A DNA stretch of 64,000 bases. It comes from Lingula anatina (Eukaryota; Animalia; Brachiopoda). The stretch lies in assembly GCA_051362555.1 (NCBI GenBank), contig CM120646.1, positions 6,758,001-6,822,000 on the forward strand, written 5' to 3'. This document shows, one piece after another, positions 27,205 through 42,464 of this stretch. Made by a program: the position numbers and the translations under genes. How positions within the stretch are numbered: position 1 is the first letter of the stretch; the number at the start of each line of letters is the position of its first letter. The notes below the pieces were generated by a model, which was not told the origin of the DNA, did no database searches, and worked only from the letters and a program-made list of their open reading frames with translations.

Positions 27205-28258
27205 AATAAATAAATAACATTTAAAATCGCCGCACTCCTGCTCGTACTTTGAACTAAATGCTGCCCAACCACCCTGAGTTTCCGAAAAAAGCCCGATAGG
27301 TGGCGACTCAAATGAACCGATATATGAATGGAGGGTCATCATAAGTCGTCACGAACTGATAGCGCCAGCAGCCTAGCTATTCCAAAATCGTTATCCGAGT
27401 GAGGAAAACAACTGGTATAATCCGTGTGTTAGCACACAGTATAGTACAAATTTGTCCACCGCATTTTTACATGATTCACCATAAAGATGCTGTAACTAAA
27501 CAATGGCATTCTGGCTTTTGGCGAGATAGATACAGAATAATAGAATGCTAAAATGAATTCATAAAGCACCGATAGGTGGCACTGGGAATCATATTCAATT
27601 GCACATTTCGGCGGCATAATGTCTCTCGTGGTTTCCCTACAACGCTCTCACACGCATTTTGACCCATAAAAATTGAATATTTACAACAAAAAAGATCGAC
27701 ATTTACAAATCATATCGACATTTCTATTCACACCGATTAAATACAATACTGGCAAAAGTTACAAGGGGGAATGTGGTTCCGACATGTCTGACAGGGACAG
27801 GGCGTGGTGACGTCATGTGGTCACGTGACCGAAATTAACATCTCGTTCAATATTTTTTTCAAGAGTCCTTCGCATAGCATGTGTGGCAATATATTCAACA
27901 TCTTCTGCTTTGGCAGCCACATCCACTCCAGGCGGTATATTTTTTAATTGAAAAGTGTTGGAAAATCTGCCTTTTTGCAAGCACCATGATCAATATACGC
28001 CTATTCAAACATACCGCATTCTTTGGTTCAGCTATACTCCTTTTAACGAACAGCGAATGTTACGTCATATTTCCTGCCACGTGTACCACGTTATATACAC
28101 CAGTACCACCCCAGTCCTCTGTTGCGTCACAGTCCTTGGAAACGTCAACATCAAAATTCACTCACGGACGCAAAGCAAAATGGAAAGATGACAGACAATA
28201 AATAGTTAAAGATGATGATGATACATCACAAGATAAAAATATAATTACAACGACTATT
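26500..28258 (-). other. Probable Antp 3' UTR
   Basis: Minus-strand AATAAA at 26768-26763 and 26546-26541. The second is in a TGTA/T-rich context and is followed by ATTAAA near 26520. Confidence 0.5.
27147..27215. repeat. (AAT)n(AAAT)n compound microsatellite in the putative Antp 3' UTR
   Basis: Direct reading. Confidence 0.95.
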
Positions 28259-28582
<324 letters not shown>

Positions 28583-31500
28583 TCAATATTTGATATAATG
28601 AAAATTGTGATAAATGATATGCACAAAACGAAATTTTGCAAATGTAAGGTTCGCATGCTAAATCAAAATTAATGCATAATCAGTGGTTGCTGATGTTTTT
28701 TCTTTGTTTAAGGATTTATGATTCAGTAATTTTATCGGAATAAAAAAAACACGACAGTATCTGTAATCACAGTGATTTAAAAACATCTAAAAATTTCCTC
28801 GCTCATTATTTTTCAAATGTAAATGTATTATACCTACATATACGTCTGAATGTTTCTTTAGAATAGTAACTAAGATTATAGAGGCACACAAGTGTTTTTT
28901 TAGATTTAGATGCTTGCCAACCAGAAACACTTTCTTTATCATGCTAGTATTTATGTATTGGTTCAAGTTCCTAGTTTCATTACGTAATAATTTATTCTCA
29001 TTTGTCTTTTTAATATTGTTTGTCTGCATCTAAAATAAATGCATAATTTGATAAAAAAATTTTAATGAGTATGCATCAAAAACGTATAGATTTTTAAATA
29101 TGCATATAATAATTCTATACGACAATGTTTATTCATAGTATATGGAATTAGCAAATAAGAATTTTGAAATATTAATATTTTCCTAATCCTTTGCCTTTTT
29201 CAGTATGGTGAAAACAGCTAAGTTAACAATTGCTTTCTTGGTTTTTGCTTTATGAAAAAGATCTGTAAAACAGTTTCTCTGAATTGGATGAAATTTCCAG
29301 GGCAGACAGTCATGAGGAGGAAAAGAAATTGTCTCAATTTCAACCGAATCCGCGTCTCCTAATACTTTAAGAATGTTATTGCCTTTTTCATCGGCGGCGG
29401 CCTGCGTTCTTGCAGTGCTCTCAAGTTTCTTCTTTGTACCCATAGCTCACAGAGATGTATTCATTTTCCACGCGTTAAAATGCAGACCAGAATTCTGAGG
29501 CAGGGAGTTGGAGCCTACGATCCACTGATCACAGGATACACTCTATCTTTCCATCTGGACGCGCACGGGTAGACAGCGTTCTCGTCCCACACCTGGGTCG
29601 CCACACTGAGCTTCCAGCGTCTCGCTTATCAGATTTGCGATGGCAGTCGAGCATCTGCTACTACTGGGGCTTCATCTTGGGGGTGGGGGTTATTTATTTA
29701 TTTATTTATTGTTCGTTTGTCCCCCCTATTAAAATACATGTTAAAATATACGCGAATCTGGAGTAAAATATTTTTAAATTTTGATTTCCCTATCGGAAAA
29801 CAACGAAACCATTTCAAAAATGCAGCAAAAGGAGTTGTCTATTTGTTTTTATAAAAGTTATTTTTCTAAAATATTGTTATAAAAATGTATATTATTAACC
29901 ACGATTTATTTTATTCGTTTTTATTCGTAATTATTTTTAAAGAGGGTTTCAACTGGCAGCCTATTTCACTACTAATGTGTGTAGAATGCCCAGTGTTCAC
30001 ATGCTGTTACCTCGAAATTGACCTCCCAGATGGAATAAACTATGCAATAAATCTCCCAGATCTTGTATTTTTCCCGCCATTTTTACTCCACCTATAAAAC
30101 ATCCGCATCATTGCTCCGTACTTTCTTACGGCCTCTTCCCCAAATACTACTCTGTGCAGTCAAAATTGAACAATTGAATATTATGATTTTTTTTCTCCCT
30201 GAAATCAGTTCAGTGATACAAAAAGAAAATGGTTTTTCCATATTCCTGATGTTCCTTTGTTCATTCGATTTGCTGAATTAAGGTCTTGGAAAATACAGAC
30301 GAAACTGTCCGCTCTCAAAAATGCAACGGTAGCACGGGCGGCCTATGTTTTTGCGTATCAACTATGTAGGGTGTTGTTGAAGATCATTACACCTTTGTTG
30401 TCTGTGTTCTTTCAATTTTCTTAAAAAGAAATTTCTCTGAAAGCACTGACAAGCACAATTCGCATTAACAAAAAAGGTTTTATGGATTACAGTTTTTTCT
30501 CTAAAATTAACTAAAATCCCAGTCACACCCGAGGTACGTTTTCCATTATGATCATTGAAACAACAAGTTCAAAGTTCGTATGTTTCAATGAGCTACAAAT
30601 GTTGTAATTCAATTTTACCATAATGGATTATGACAGACACGTAACGAAATCTGGATGTTAAATGTATTTTCAAGATATATCAAACTGGACGCGTTTCTTG
30701 ATCTTTATTATTTTATGTTTAACAGTAAAAGCATGAAACAGTTAACAGGTAAATTTAAAGGGTAAAATAAAACACATTTCCCTGTATATTAAACAGATTA
30801 AAAAAGATGTGAATTGTGATGGAATGGGCAGCGATTTTGACGAATTAAACTTTAATTTTATGTTATTTGTTCGAAAAATGTCATTACACCTTACAAGATA
30901 TGTGGTTTAGCTGTTTCATTTCTCACATACGCGCCGTTGTACTTTTGTACGAGCGCTTTAGAGAAAAAAAACAGTGACGAATCCCATTGAAGTTATATTT
31001 GTATAAACAGACTGCACACCTCAATGATCTTGCAAAATGGCTCCGTATTTGGAAACCAAACGGGCGCAGACACTTCCAAATCACCCACGTCCTTAGTTCA
31101 AGTACTCGGTGGAAGCCTGAGAACGACCTCTCTTAGTGCAAACGGCTTAAACATCCCCCTCTTAGCGCTGGGACCATAAGTACGGATACCACTAAATGCC
31201 ATTGTTTTACTGACGTGCCCTTGACTTAGGCCAATTGTTTTAAACATTGAGTAGGATGCATAATAGCATAGAGGAAATACATGTTAAAATGTTGAGAGCA
31301 AATTACAAAATTCTTTCATGCATTAATGGAGCATAACATGGGTTAATTTTCTATCGAATGTATTTTTTTTTTGTTTGTTTGTTTGTTTTTCTTCTTATAT
31401 TTTTCGTGGTTGCAAAAATGTAATTAATTTTTCTGTTTACTTCTGTTTCCGTTTTTACTGCTATTCATGACTGCTGTTTCTAAAAGTAAAATTGCATGAT

Positions 31501-32048
31501 ATTATAATGCGTAACTTTGAGATTGTCACTTTTTCAGTTGTCTTTTTTCTCTTTTCTTCTTCTTATTTTTTCTCATTCATCAGTTATCTATTCTTTTATC
31601 TCTTCGTGTTGTATAATCCACCCTTGCATCCCATTTCTTATCAATGTGAAATGTAAGAAAGACACCCTTTCAAACAACACCCGTCTATATTTCAAGTGAA
31701 CAGGATGCTGAGTAAAACACATTCTCGCCCACAAGATCGGTAAATAAAAATATCATTCTTGACACTACTTTAGATACCATGCCAAGATAGGAGTGTCATG
31801 CTGCTGGCAAAAAAAATCTGAAACCCTTGGTGCAGGAAGCTCTCTTCGCGTTAGCGTGGACGTGGGCATAGAAGTGTGATGTATTGTTTTACATTTCACT
31901 TGTTCATATTGTCAAGCGGAAATCATTCCAATAATTCTGACCTCCCCGGAAAGCGGGTGGTATGGCAGATCATGTTGCCGAAGATAGTATCTGTAACAGT
32001 TTATATGTGGTCTGACGCTTTTTTTTTCTCTTTTCCCGTTTTCCGCCA

Positions 32049-32052
32049 TCTC

Positions 32053-32108
<56 letters not shown>
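32049..32108. repeat. (TC)n microsatellite, imperfect
   Basis: Direct reading. Confidence 0.92.
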
Positions 32109-35100
32109 AATACCTTTATGAGCAGCTGTTTCTTAATATATATATATATGATAAAAAATACATATATTATATATGTCATTTATATATTCTTAATGTCATA
32201 TTTTCTTTCAGTGCTGGCATGCTCTTTTTTTATTCTTCTACAAACGCATCCCACGTCTCCTGGCTAACATGTGACAGTCTTTTTGCCGACATGAAAAAAA
32301 AATAAATAAATCTAGTATTACTTTACCTTCATTTATCAACCCAGACGGGGGCTTGAGCTTTCAGGGCAAAATTCCTCTTTTAAGCACCTATTAACGGGTA
32401 TTGAAATACCACTTAGGAGTCCAAAACATATCATCCTTTGCTAATAAAGTAACGTGATAGTTGGAGATGATTTATTTACGAAATATTTCATTCGTGTCAC
32501 CGTGTGACACCTATTCTTTTCTGGGATGTTTTCAAAATAACGAGAGGACGTTTTATCGTTTTTTTTTTTTCTTTGTATTTCTAATTTTTTTGACAGCAGT
32601 AACGGCTAAAAAACATAGAATTCGGTTTATTAGTTTGTCCGCTGTCAGTTTTTTGTTTAATATTTTTCTGTTCTATAAATTGAGAAGTTACGCCATCCTC
32701 CTTACGTCGCTGCAAAATATAGTTAGCGTCCGTGGGTTCAGTCTGACTTACAACCTTTCACCATCGTTGTCTGGCCCCTCACGTTATTCTATTTTTGATT
32801 CCATTGCAACCCCCTTTCCCTATATCTTGTGTACATTATGTACATTGCCATAACTATGGATTGTTATTTTTATTACTTGATGATGATTTTAATACTCTTA
32901 CCCTTCCAAGCTTCACATTTAAATGCCTTCATACACTCCAGACGTACAATGCATTTTAATTCATCATAAATGTATTAACAATCTATAAAGAGTTTTTGAA
33001 ACAGCACACATTTTATCGTATATTTGCGTCATCAGTTTTTCTTAAATTCTAGAAACCCCAGTATGGGCCCTAGATTAAATAAAGCTCGTCTATTCTTTAA
33101 GGATAAGCGATTAAAATATCAAAATTAAGGTATTAAATTGCGTCATCGTCCTAGTTATATCTTTAATATCATATTATCATTTAAAAATTTGAGTCACTAT
33201 AAATTCATAATAGTTTACACTTGTCAAGTGCATGAGCATAATCTACGTAAAAGATTTAACCTAGAAAATGCATTAGCAACGTGAGGCATTGAACCTCCTA
33301 CCAAATGAAAACATTTGTCCAACGCTCATAAAAAATCAACTGCCCACTCGCCCCTGGAATCAGTTACCTCTACTAACACTGCAGTAATCTTAAGTGTCAG
33401 GTGGTTCACCGATCGCGCTCCCTCATTAAGCGCAATCATTAAACTCACAGGCGGGGTGTGATGCGGCTCAAATTACGCCGCTCCTCCCTAGTGTCCGCCT
33501 TCTCGCCATTAATATTCGGCCGTGAACGCGATAGCTAGGCTTTTACTTAACCATACGGCGAGCCGCGTTCAGGAATAAGCAGACTGGTTGGAGTGTGTTT
33601 CTGAGTAGTGCCCGTTTCTCCAGGTTAAGGTCCTATGGCGCTGGACAAGGACCGTGAATATGGGTTAACAAAGCGACTTTGAAATGAATATTTTGAAAAT
33701 GATTAACGAGCGATATTGACAAGTTGATGTAGATTTCTTCAGTTTAAAGATGAATCATCAATCAAATTCTTCTCTAATAAGGTGTTGATTAATGATTTGC
33801 ATTGAAGAGAGTTTTTTAGGTCCTTTTTTAGGTCCTTAAGAGAAAAAATGAGGGAAACAAAACAATGCAGTCATTTTAAAGTCAAGAAGTTGAACTATTC
33901 AGTGTGAGTATATTATCAGAGAGAATACACAAAACCATCATTAATATGTTCTAAAGGCGCTTCATGCTACTGGTTTTTGAGATCGCACCCGTTGTGAAGC
34001 AAGCAAATCACTATGTACGTGTACTTCTAACATAAACACATACACACTTGAAAAAAATACACGACGGTCTTTGGGTAATATTTTCAGGGATATTCCGTCT
34101 TCACCAAATTACGAAAATGACCCGGCCGAGTTGAGCATACATTTTGAAAGATACAGCAATTTTAACATTCGTCTGTGCTCAGAGTTTATGTCTTTCCTTT
34201 TTTTACGCTATTCATTTAGCCTTAATTGATTTTTTTCAAATTTTGTAAATTTGAAAAGGTGGACTTTTCGCACTACGCACATTTTTCTATCCTTCTTCTA
34301 TATGAAATCCTTAAATGGGTCCGAGACACATCCAAACTTAAATATTATCCACTTTTTCACACAAACCACACTGAAGATACCCATCTTTCGTGCTGGGACA
34401 TACAGATGTCACCCGGTGTCTCACGTCTACGAAGCGTAAAGATAAAACCCAAAATTATAAGTTGAAATTGGGGCTGCGCATTATGTTCATGTTTGTCTGT
34501 CCCCTTAGAGCGTTTTGCTGGAGCGCCATGCACGCTATCTAATGACCCCTAATACCGTGTTATTTTTTTCACCGGAGCAAGACAATTTGTCTGTAAAGTT
34601 ACATAGCATAGATGTGCAATGTGTGGGGGTTAGGTGTGCTGTGCGTTTATCTGATTTTGTCGGTTTTTATCTTGTTTTATTTTATCATTTTATAGCATTT
34701 ATATTTGAGAGGTAACAAAGGAACGTAAGATGAAAAGATGAGGATGAAATAAAAGTAAATTGTATGAAAAAAGTAATTAATTCCATCGACACAAAAATAT
34801 CTGAAGCACAGTACAGATATATTTCCATAAAACAAAATTAAATTGTTATAAGGAGAAAACGTTTGGCTAGCATAGTGAGGCTTAGATTAAACAATCTTGG
34901 CAACTGGCGGATAACATGGCGCTAGTTGACAAGACAGGCCTCACCGGAGTCTAAAGCTCAAAATTTCTTGCATGTCATCTGCCATAAAATCATACATGTA
35001 TCTTTAACGTATTAAAAATAATCGTAGCCTTCCGAAACTTTACTCTGAGAAATAAAGTCTTATGGAAATAAGCATCAAATAATACAAATAAATTATTTCT

Positions 35101-38046
35101 GAGCAGAGGAAAACATTCGTCAGAGCTCTGAAATTCAGATTGATAGAAGGCGTTGGATAGGGCTACGCCTTATATTACTTATATTTATTAACCGCGCGTG
35201 ACGTAAGTTGGTCTAACCTTTTAAACACTCTTTCAGTTTACTTTGCCCCAATATAAATTGGTATAAGTTCAATAAAATTTTTTTAATTGTGCTTTTTTTT
35301 TCTATCATACAATAATCATTAGATATGCCTAGATATGCTGTTTGACAAATAGTTGCTTTTTTCACGCGGACTGCTGCCTATTTATTCTTAACTAAAGTCG
35401 ACTAAAATTCAGGTCTAAAAAATAAGCTCGACTTTCAGTTCTTTTTCAGAACTGCTCATCTCAGACCGACAAAGACCAGACTGAGCACCAACACCGATCT
35501 TGAAAGCATATTTATAAGTAGCCGTGACCAATAGCTCAGATTAAGCTGTGTAAGATCCACGCCGTCAGGTGGCAAGGGAAAGAACACTGCACAGAAATTC
35601 CATCTTTGCATCCAATTTCATGACTACTTGTATTACAAGATCTGGACCATGTACAAATCTGCTTCAATAAATACAGCCCGGCAGCTCAAACGTACCAAGG
35701 CCTGGGCATATAGCAACCTCGCAAATAGAATCTGACAGTTCTGTGAGTTGCGTCGGCCTAAAGAGATAATTTTCCCCCTGCTGCTACTGTCGTTTAGTTG
35801 TTGTCGTTGCGTTGTGGTTCCTGTAACTTAAGAACTAAAATTGATATTTCTACTTGATTTCCATGTCCGTTTGATTATTGGCAGTTTGAAGATCCACATA
35901 TATATGCTCTTGTGGGAATGAGTGCCGAGCCACCGTTGGCACTGGGCAATGGTAGTTTTCAAAATATCCCGTCCTTCTTTGCAGCTTCAAAACCGTTTCA
36001 TTATTAAATACCCTTATGTCTTTTTCTTCTTGTCTTTGGCATTTGTATTTCTGTGTTTTCTTTATCTGTTTTTTCATCTCACAGCGCGTTCTAAAACTTC
36101 GCTTCTCTTACTGCTAGCTAGCAGCTCTGCCCTATCATGTCCGGCATATATATCGATAGCATTCGATTAAAATTGAAACGTCTGTTATGCATTTTCCAGA
36201 TTGCTCGTGCCCGCGGGAGAAAGAGCCATGGATCTCTACGATGTTTCGCCGATTTGCAAGATTAATGAGCAGACGGAATCGAATTGAAATGGTTACTGTT
36301 TTAATTTGCGGACTTGACATGCGCGTCCAGGGAGAGTGGCAGCCTCATAAGCAGACGCAGTGGAGGGGAACGTATTAGCAATCGGATGATTTGAGAGTAC
36401 AAACGTTCTTGCGACTTCAACATGTGTTGACAAGGCGGAATGCGTTCCTAGGTCTACTTGAAGAGATTCAAGCGTTTAGACTCTTGTGGCCTTGTTTTGG
36501 TTCTTACACGTTGAGCTCATAAAAAGAGTGCTGGATTGCTTGTTGGTTTTCCGCAGACAATGACGCGACCGCATGTTAACTTCTCTAAGAGTTGGGTAAT
36601 GTGTATTTTGAAAAGAGCAATCTTTAAACCGACATCAGTATTTATTCAAATTAACGTAATTATAAACAATATGTCCAGGTAATTATTCAAAAATAATCAT
36701 TCAAATTGATCTATGTTCCATTTTCGTCTATCTATTTATGCTTCATCATATCCAATATATATCTTTATATTTCCCTTTAATTAGCCCATCAAGTTGTTTT
36801 TTCCTGCTACTATTCGTTCTTTTCCTAAAAATCAAAAATATTTCTGTCAGAGTATGTTTTCATGTGTGTCTTCCTAATACATCTGCTCTATTTATTATAA
36901 AAGCATTGCTGTGTATATATATAATGTAACGTAATTATTTCTTCATTGTGGTGTAAGAAGGCCGTACGGTGAAGTCAATGCTAAAGCTTAAATATCTGCG
37001 TGCGAGACCACATCTAAAAGATCTCCCCGGCAGCCCATTTAAAAGGCAATAAATTTCAACAACAAGTAACACTATTTCATCACCTAACGAGGGGTGATTT
37101 ATTCTTCGTTACGATTCCTTAAAGAGTTGATTTATTTACTATGGACTGAGAGTTATGTCTTTGTAGTAAAATGCTGTCAATGCCTTGGAACTCACATAAA
37201 CACGGAGAGATATATGCCCTTGCAGCTCTGGAATGACTAGACGTTATATATCACCTATGGAAAATTATCGTTAAAGTTTAATCCTACAAACACTGTATAA
37301 TTAATTTGAAAGTTAATCAAGCTTTCGAGCTACTGACTTGATCTTGGTTGCTAGAACTACATTCAAAATGAAATGGGTTTTATTTGAAATAGAATAGTTA
37401 ATACAATATCAACAAAAATACTTCATTTATTATTTTTTTATATTGAAAAGTTTGTAGTTCCGACTTCATTATATGACACATCTAACAGTTTTAAGCGTTA
37501 TGAAAAATAAACAGAAGGCAAAGCTATCAACTTCGGGCATCTATTTAAATATGAAACTTTGAAACATTGAATCATCAAAAACGCCTGCCTGGTAATTTCT
37601 GTGATTCTTCCCAAACTACAGAGAACAAGCATTTGTCGTATTCTGCAACACATGAATACGCAATTATGAAACGGAAAAAAACATCGTGAGCTCACCATTG
37701 CTACTTTAATTGGATTTTTTGTTCGGCATTTCTGAGGGAAAACGTTTTGTAGGCATGCAGGCTTTGAACTCCAAAGTATCATTATTGATAAAATTTAACA
37801 ACCTTTACTCTCGGCGAGGAAAAAAACCGTTAATTCGTCTCGCGTTACAGCGTAGAGAAAGGAGACGAGGTAATGAGCAGGGACAAACCGTATCAATAGC
37901 AAAGTTCACTGTATACAAATGACTCATCTCTGGAAGCGCGAAACCGAGGCATTTTCTAAGACTTTTTGATTAAAAGTAAAGAATTAGCGTTCCCTTTGAT
38001 GTACCGCTTAACCTTTCACCTTCCCTCCGACGAAGATTAATAACTC

Positions 38047-38087
38047 TATTCGGAACCCTCTGTGTAAGGTTAAGAGGGGTCCGAATA
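38047..38087. repeat. Short inverted repeat (14/15 bp stem, 11-nt loop)
   Basis: TATTCGGAACCCTCT ... AGAGGGGTCCGAATA. Confidence 0.8.
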
Positions 38088-39239
38088 CACGTTTCCAAAA
38101 TATTTCTGTAATATTAATTTTAATTTTTTTATAAAACAAAAATTCAAAGGGAAGAAATTCAAATGCTGCCACGATACTGTATTGCGCCTTGCCTCAAGTT
38201 GGACTTTATTTCTATATATTTCCAATACTGTTTACAGAAAGAAACACAGCTTATAAACATGGGAAATTGCCTTCAAATCTCATAAGTGTGGGGTCTTTAA
38301 TCCCCCTCCCCCCCAGAAAATTTCAATTTACGTACTCGTTTGCGTTTAGAGGTGGTCTCAATACTTGAAGCCTATGAAATACGGTTATGTGGTAAAATCA
38401 GAAAATAAATACGCTTGTAAATAAAACTTGAACTGCCATTAATTGTTAAATTATATTTCTTATAACAGTACTTACAGTATTAAAGTATTTTTCAGATATA
38501 ACTTCGAGCATTTCAAAATGCAAATTATATATCATAATGTCTCCCCAGTGCTTTTAGTTATTCTGTGAACCGTGTTGTGGAAGAAATATTTTTCGAGGGA
38601 GCTTGCAACTGAAGATCCACTTAATGTACAGTGCATGTAAGTAACGTTTAGATTTGGAGAGAACCGCTATTGTATAGGCCTACCCATTGACGCCGGCGTG
38701 CCCAATATTCTATAAACTAAACACTGAAGACAGTAAAGGCTCCCAAAGTACATTGAACATTTCACTCCTTCAGAAACCCGGCAGATTTAGTTGAACACAA
38801 TGGCTAACACAGTTCTTTATAGTGCATTACGCCTTTAAATTTTTACATTCAGGGATTTTACGACCAGTGCATGGTCTGTGATTTCAGGGTGGTGTATGTA
38901 TTTTCCCGCTGACTTTTCACCTGACAGTCAACACAGTGCCCCTGCCTACTTAATGAGTTTAGATCCCTTTTATGTGGAGCCCTGTCTTTGACATTGATAT
39001 ATACGGTTGTCGCTTGCCTCAAAACTCAAACAATTCCAATTCGTCTCGGTTTCGGGCACAACTCAACACATCGGAGTGGTTTGAGCTTTGATTTGGGTAT
39101 TTGTGTGGAAGTTAACAGACCTATCTTTGTGTAATTTTTTTTAACTAGTTCACTCTATTATTTGAAAACGGGTTACTACTTTTTTGGGTATATTAATGGA
39201 CGAACAGGTATATCAAGATCTTGCGAACAGATCGTAGCA

Positions 39240-39278
<39 letters not shown>

Positions 39279-42132
39279 GTTCACCAATGCTGCCATACGT
39301 TACATTTACAAAACCAAGGTCCTAATCGCCCAAAGAGAAAAAAATAGCAATTTTAATGTCTTTTGGTTCAATATGTTGCACATTTGTCAATGAATATTGC
39401 ATGGCGACCCGGTTCCTAGTACACGTTTCGAATTTGCCTTTTACGAAATTAGTCCTAACAGTGCTTATTACAGGTAACCGCCCATCGCACTATCCTCAGA
39501 CGCTTTGACTCGCGTTCCTGCCAGAGTGCAGGGAAAACAAAGAACTTTAACCGGGGTTACTAAAAAACAGGGATTACTCGTTTGGGCCTTAAGTCTGTAT
39601 AAGTCCCAGTATTAGTCCTGTGACGATATTTGGAATAACTTTAGATTAGATTATAATACTAACCATGCACTTAGCGTGGCTTATGTATGACTCGCATGTA
39701 CCAATAAAAAAACAGATTTATATTCAACACAAAACAATCTTGTATAGAAATGGATAAAAATAAAATTGGATTCAGTGCTCAAACACAAAAAATATCTATC
39801 ACGCAGAAAGGAAGATGAAGATTAAAATGCATGCGGGAGTGTCGAAATCAATGCTGAGGTTAGTTTTGTTCTTTGTCCAAATTTCGCAAAAATTTTCCTT
39901 GTAAATGATATTGATTATCATCATTATTTCATTCTGGTTTTGTGCCAGCATTTTCTATCACAAAATCTAATTTTTACTCAAATTAAGTACATGGTATCCA
40001 CATTCATTTCCACTTCTAACCAATTAAGCTCAATTACTCAGGAATACGTCTCATTATTTTCATTCTTATAAAAAGGGAGGGGGGTGGGCAAAATAAAAGA
40101 CACAAAATCCATTCCAAAAACACGATCCATTCTTTCCACTGCTGGGCTCTCATTGCAACTCTGGTATCGTTTTCGTTCTGGGCCCATACGCTCTTCTCTA
40201 CACGCTCTGTCGCTCCAGCCTACCCGTACATATCAGATCTTATCGCTTTCACCCTAGCAGCAGCCATGCCGTACAGGTCTTGTGACTCTACCTGTCCCTA
40301 AGGGAGAACAGCCACGGTACAATAAAATAATTTAACTTGATAATAGGTTTTGTCAACGTTTTGCCTGGAGCGACTTATCCTCTTGTCACCGCCATATGTG
40401 CGCATTTTGTGACGAGTTTTTTGTCGCTTTTCTGACACGTTAACGACAAGCAAAATATCATTAGAAAGTGAAGTTAATTAGATATCACCAATTTGTTCAA
40501 TTCATGCGCAGGTGATTTTTTTCGTCTTTTTTTTCTTGTGTTCGTATGTGCCTGGAGTCAACTTCTATACTGCTGGGGCCCGTTAATTGGATAGTTACTC
40601 GAGAGAATAAAAATTTTTCAATTAGACTACCGGCCAACGAAGGCTGTACCAGCCTTGAGCAAGTTGGGGGTAAATAACAGCGGTTTAGTACTTTTAGGTT
40701 AATTGGGCCACGTAGACGCAGATAAAAGTGATTGCAATTTGTATCAAATGGTTTGTTATTAAAGTAAGAGTTGTTGCCTTTTCTCAACAACGGTGATTAA
40801 ATTTTTTAAAAAAATCAACTACATAAGATGACAACGTGAGTTATGAAAACGCGATATCTTTTAAAAAGTAAATTTATGAGAAACAATAGAATAATAAAAT
40901 TTTATTCCAGTGCAACTCATTCAGAAAGATGCACTTCAAAAATAAAAGCTTGTTAAACTTTCAGTTCATTCATCTCCCCTTGGATGAAATCCAATTCAAT
41001 GCTGTGCGGTTTTTTTTTAAACGAATGTTAATTTATAAAATATGGCAGTTTTGACTTCTTCACCCTACATCCTGGCAACCAGAGCGCGCGTCTCCTGGGA
41101 AACATAGACAGCGCAGACGACAATTTCTCTTGCGATCGATGTGAGTGAAAAGTCGTCTGACAAACATTTTGTTTTGAAAAGGACAAATAAAGGGTTATGT
41201 TTTGTATGAAACAGCATTTTTGTATCTGTCTAACAATAATTTCCTCATGAATTATTCTTTATGGGAAACTTGGTCTTTCTTATTTTGCAGCTGAATGTCG
41301 TCAGGTATACACATAGCATAATACCAAGGATCACATACATGCATTGTAAATAAAGTGTTGGGTAGACTGGAGATAACATTTAAGTATTTCAACAAGGAAA
41401 ATATCACAAAAAGATTTACAGGGATTGTCAACAATATTCTAATGTTTCCAGACGATCATTTCTTCAAGTTCCAAACACAATGCTGTTATCGTACGCGTTA
41501 CTATACTAAATAAACTAATTTTTATCTTTATTTGGCTGGGTAATTGACTGCGTCCCTTGCTTTCCCTCTCAACTCTGGTAAAAACAATTGTTGAGAAGGG
41601 AGTAGGAATTCGCTGTAATGCTGAACTTTGTGAAGGATATAAGAAAAAAAACTTGAATGCCTTTTCTGCAAATAACATTTTTTTCTTACTTTGCTATATT
41701 ACGCACAGACCCTAATTGGATTGTATTGCATATTCAGTATGGATGTAAATTTTGCAACAGTTCACTCAAAACAAATAACTTACAAAGACGTGTATTTCCG
41801 TATAAATAGATGATCCAGAAATATAAATCAAGAAAAAAAATCAATTAAGCTTACAGTTTCTCTCCAGTTTACATAACTCTCAGCAGTCCACCTAAAAGAA
41901 CCAGCTCCTATACCTTATGGAAAAACGCTGTATCATGAAAAAAGTATTAACCATTCTTTAAGTAAAATTTATGTCCTTCGCTCGTGTTAGCATGTCATTT
42001 GCAGGATGTCCATTGATACACACCTAACACGAATTATAAATAAAATATGATTTATCTATTTATCAGATTGCTCTTGTTGTTATATATATTTATTGCCCAC
42101 TAATATCTAAGGTCAGTTGAAGGTACTTCAAT

Positions 42133-42293
42133 CAGGGGCGGATCCATAGTTATTTTCTGACAGTCTTCCAATTTATCTTTGTTGATCCATCCTCCATTTT
42201 TGACCGTCTTCCGACAGAAAAAAAAATAGATACCCGTCAATGTAAACTGACCGTCTTCCGGAAGACCCAGAAGACGCCCTAAATCCGCCCCTG
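42133..42293. mobile_element. MITE / non-autonomous DNA transposon, 161 bp
   Basis: Perfect 11-bp TIR CAGGGGCGGAT...ATCCGCCCCTG and three internal TGAC(A/C)GTCTTCC repeats. The TSD is not intact. Confidence 0.75.
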
Positions 42294-42464
42294 CTTCATA
42301 ACTGTTTTATACTTGGAATCGCCTGTCTAAGTCTAATATGGCCTTATCTCATGATTTATAACAGCCCATACTGTCATCTCTGTTAGGATATAACGTTTCC
42401 CTAAGTTATTTATTAGTCGGAGTTACGTTTAGTCCATTAAGATAAGCGGCCCGTGCGTGTTTTG

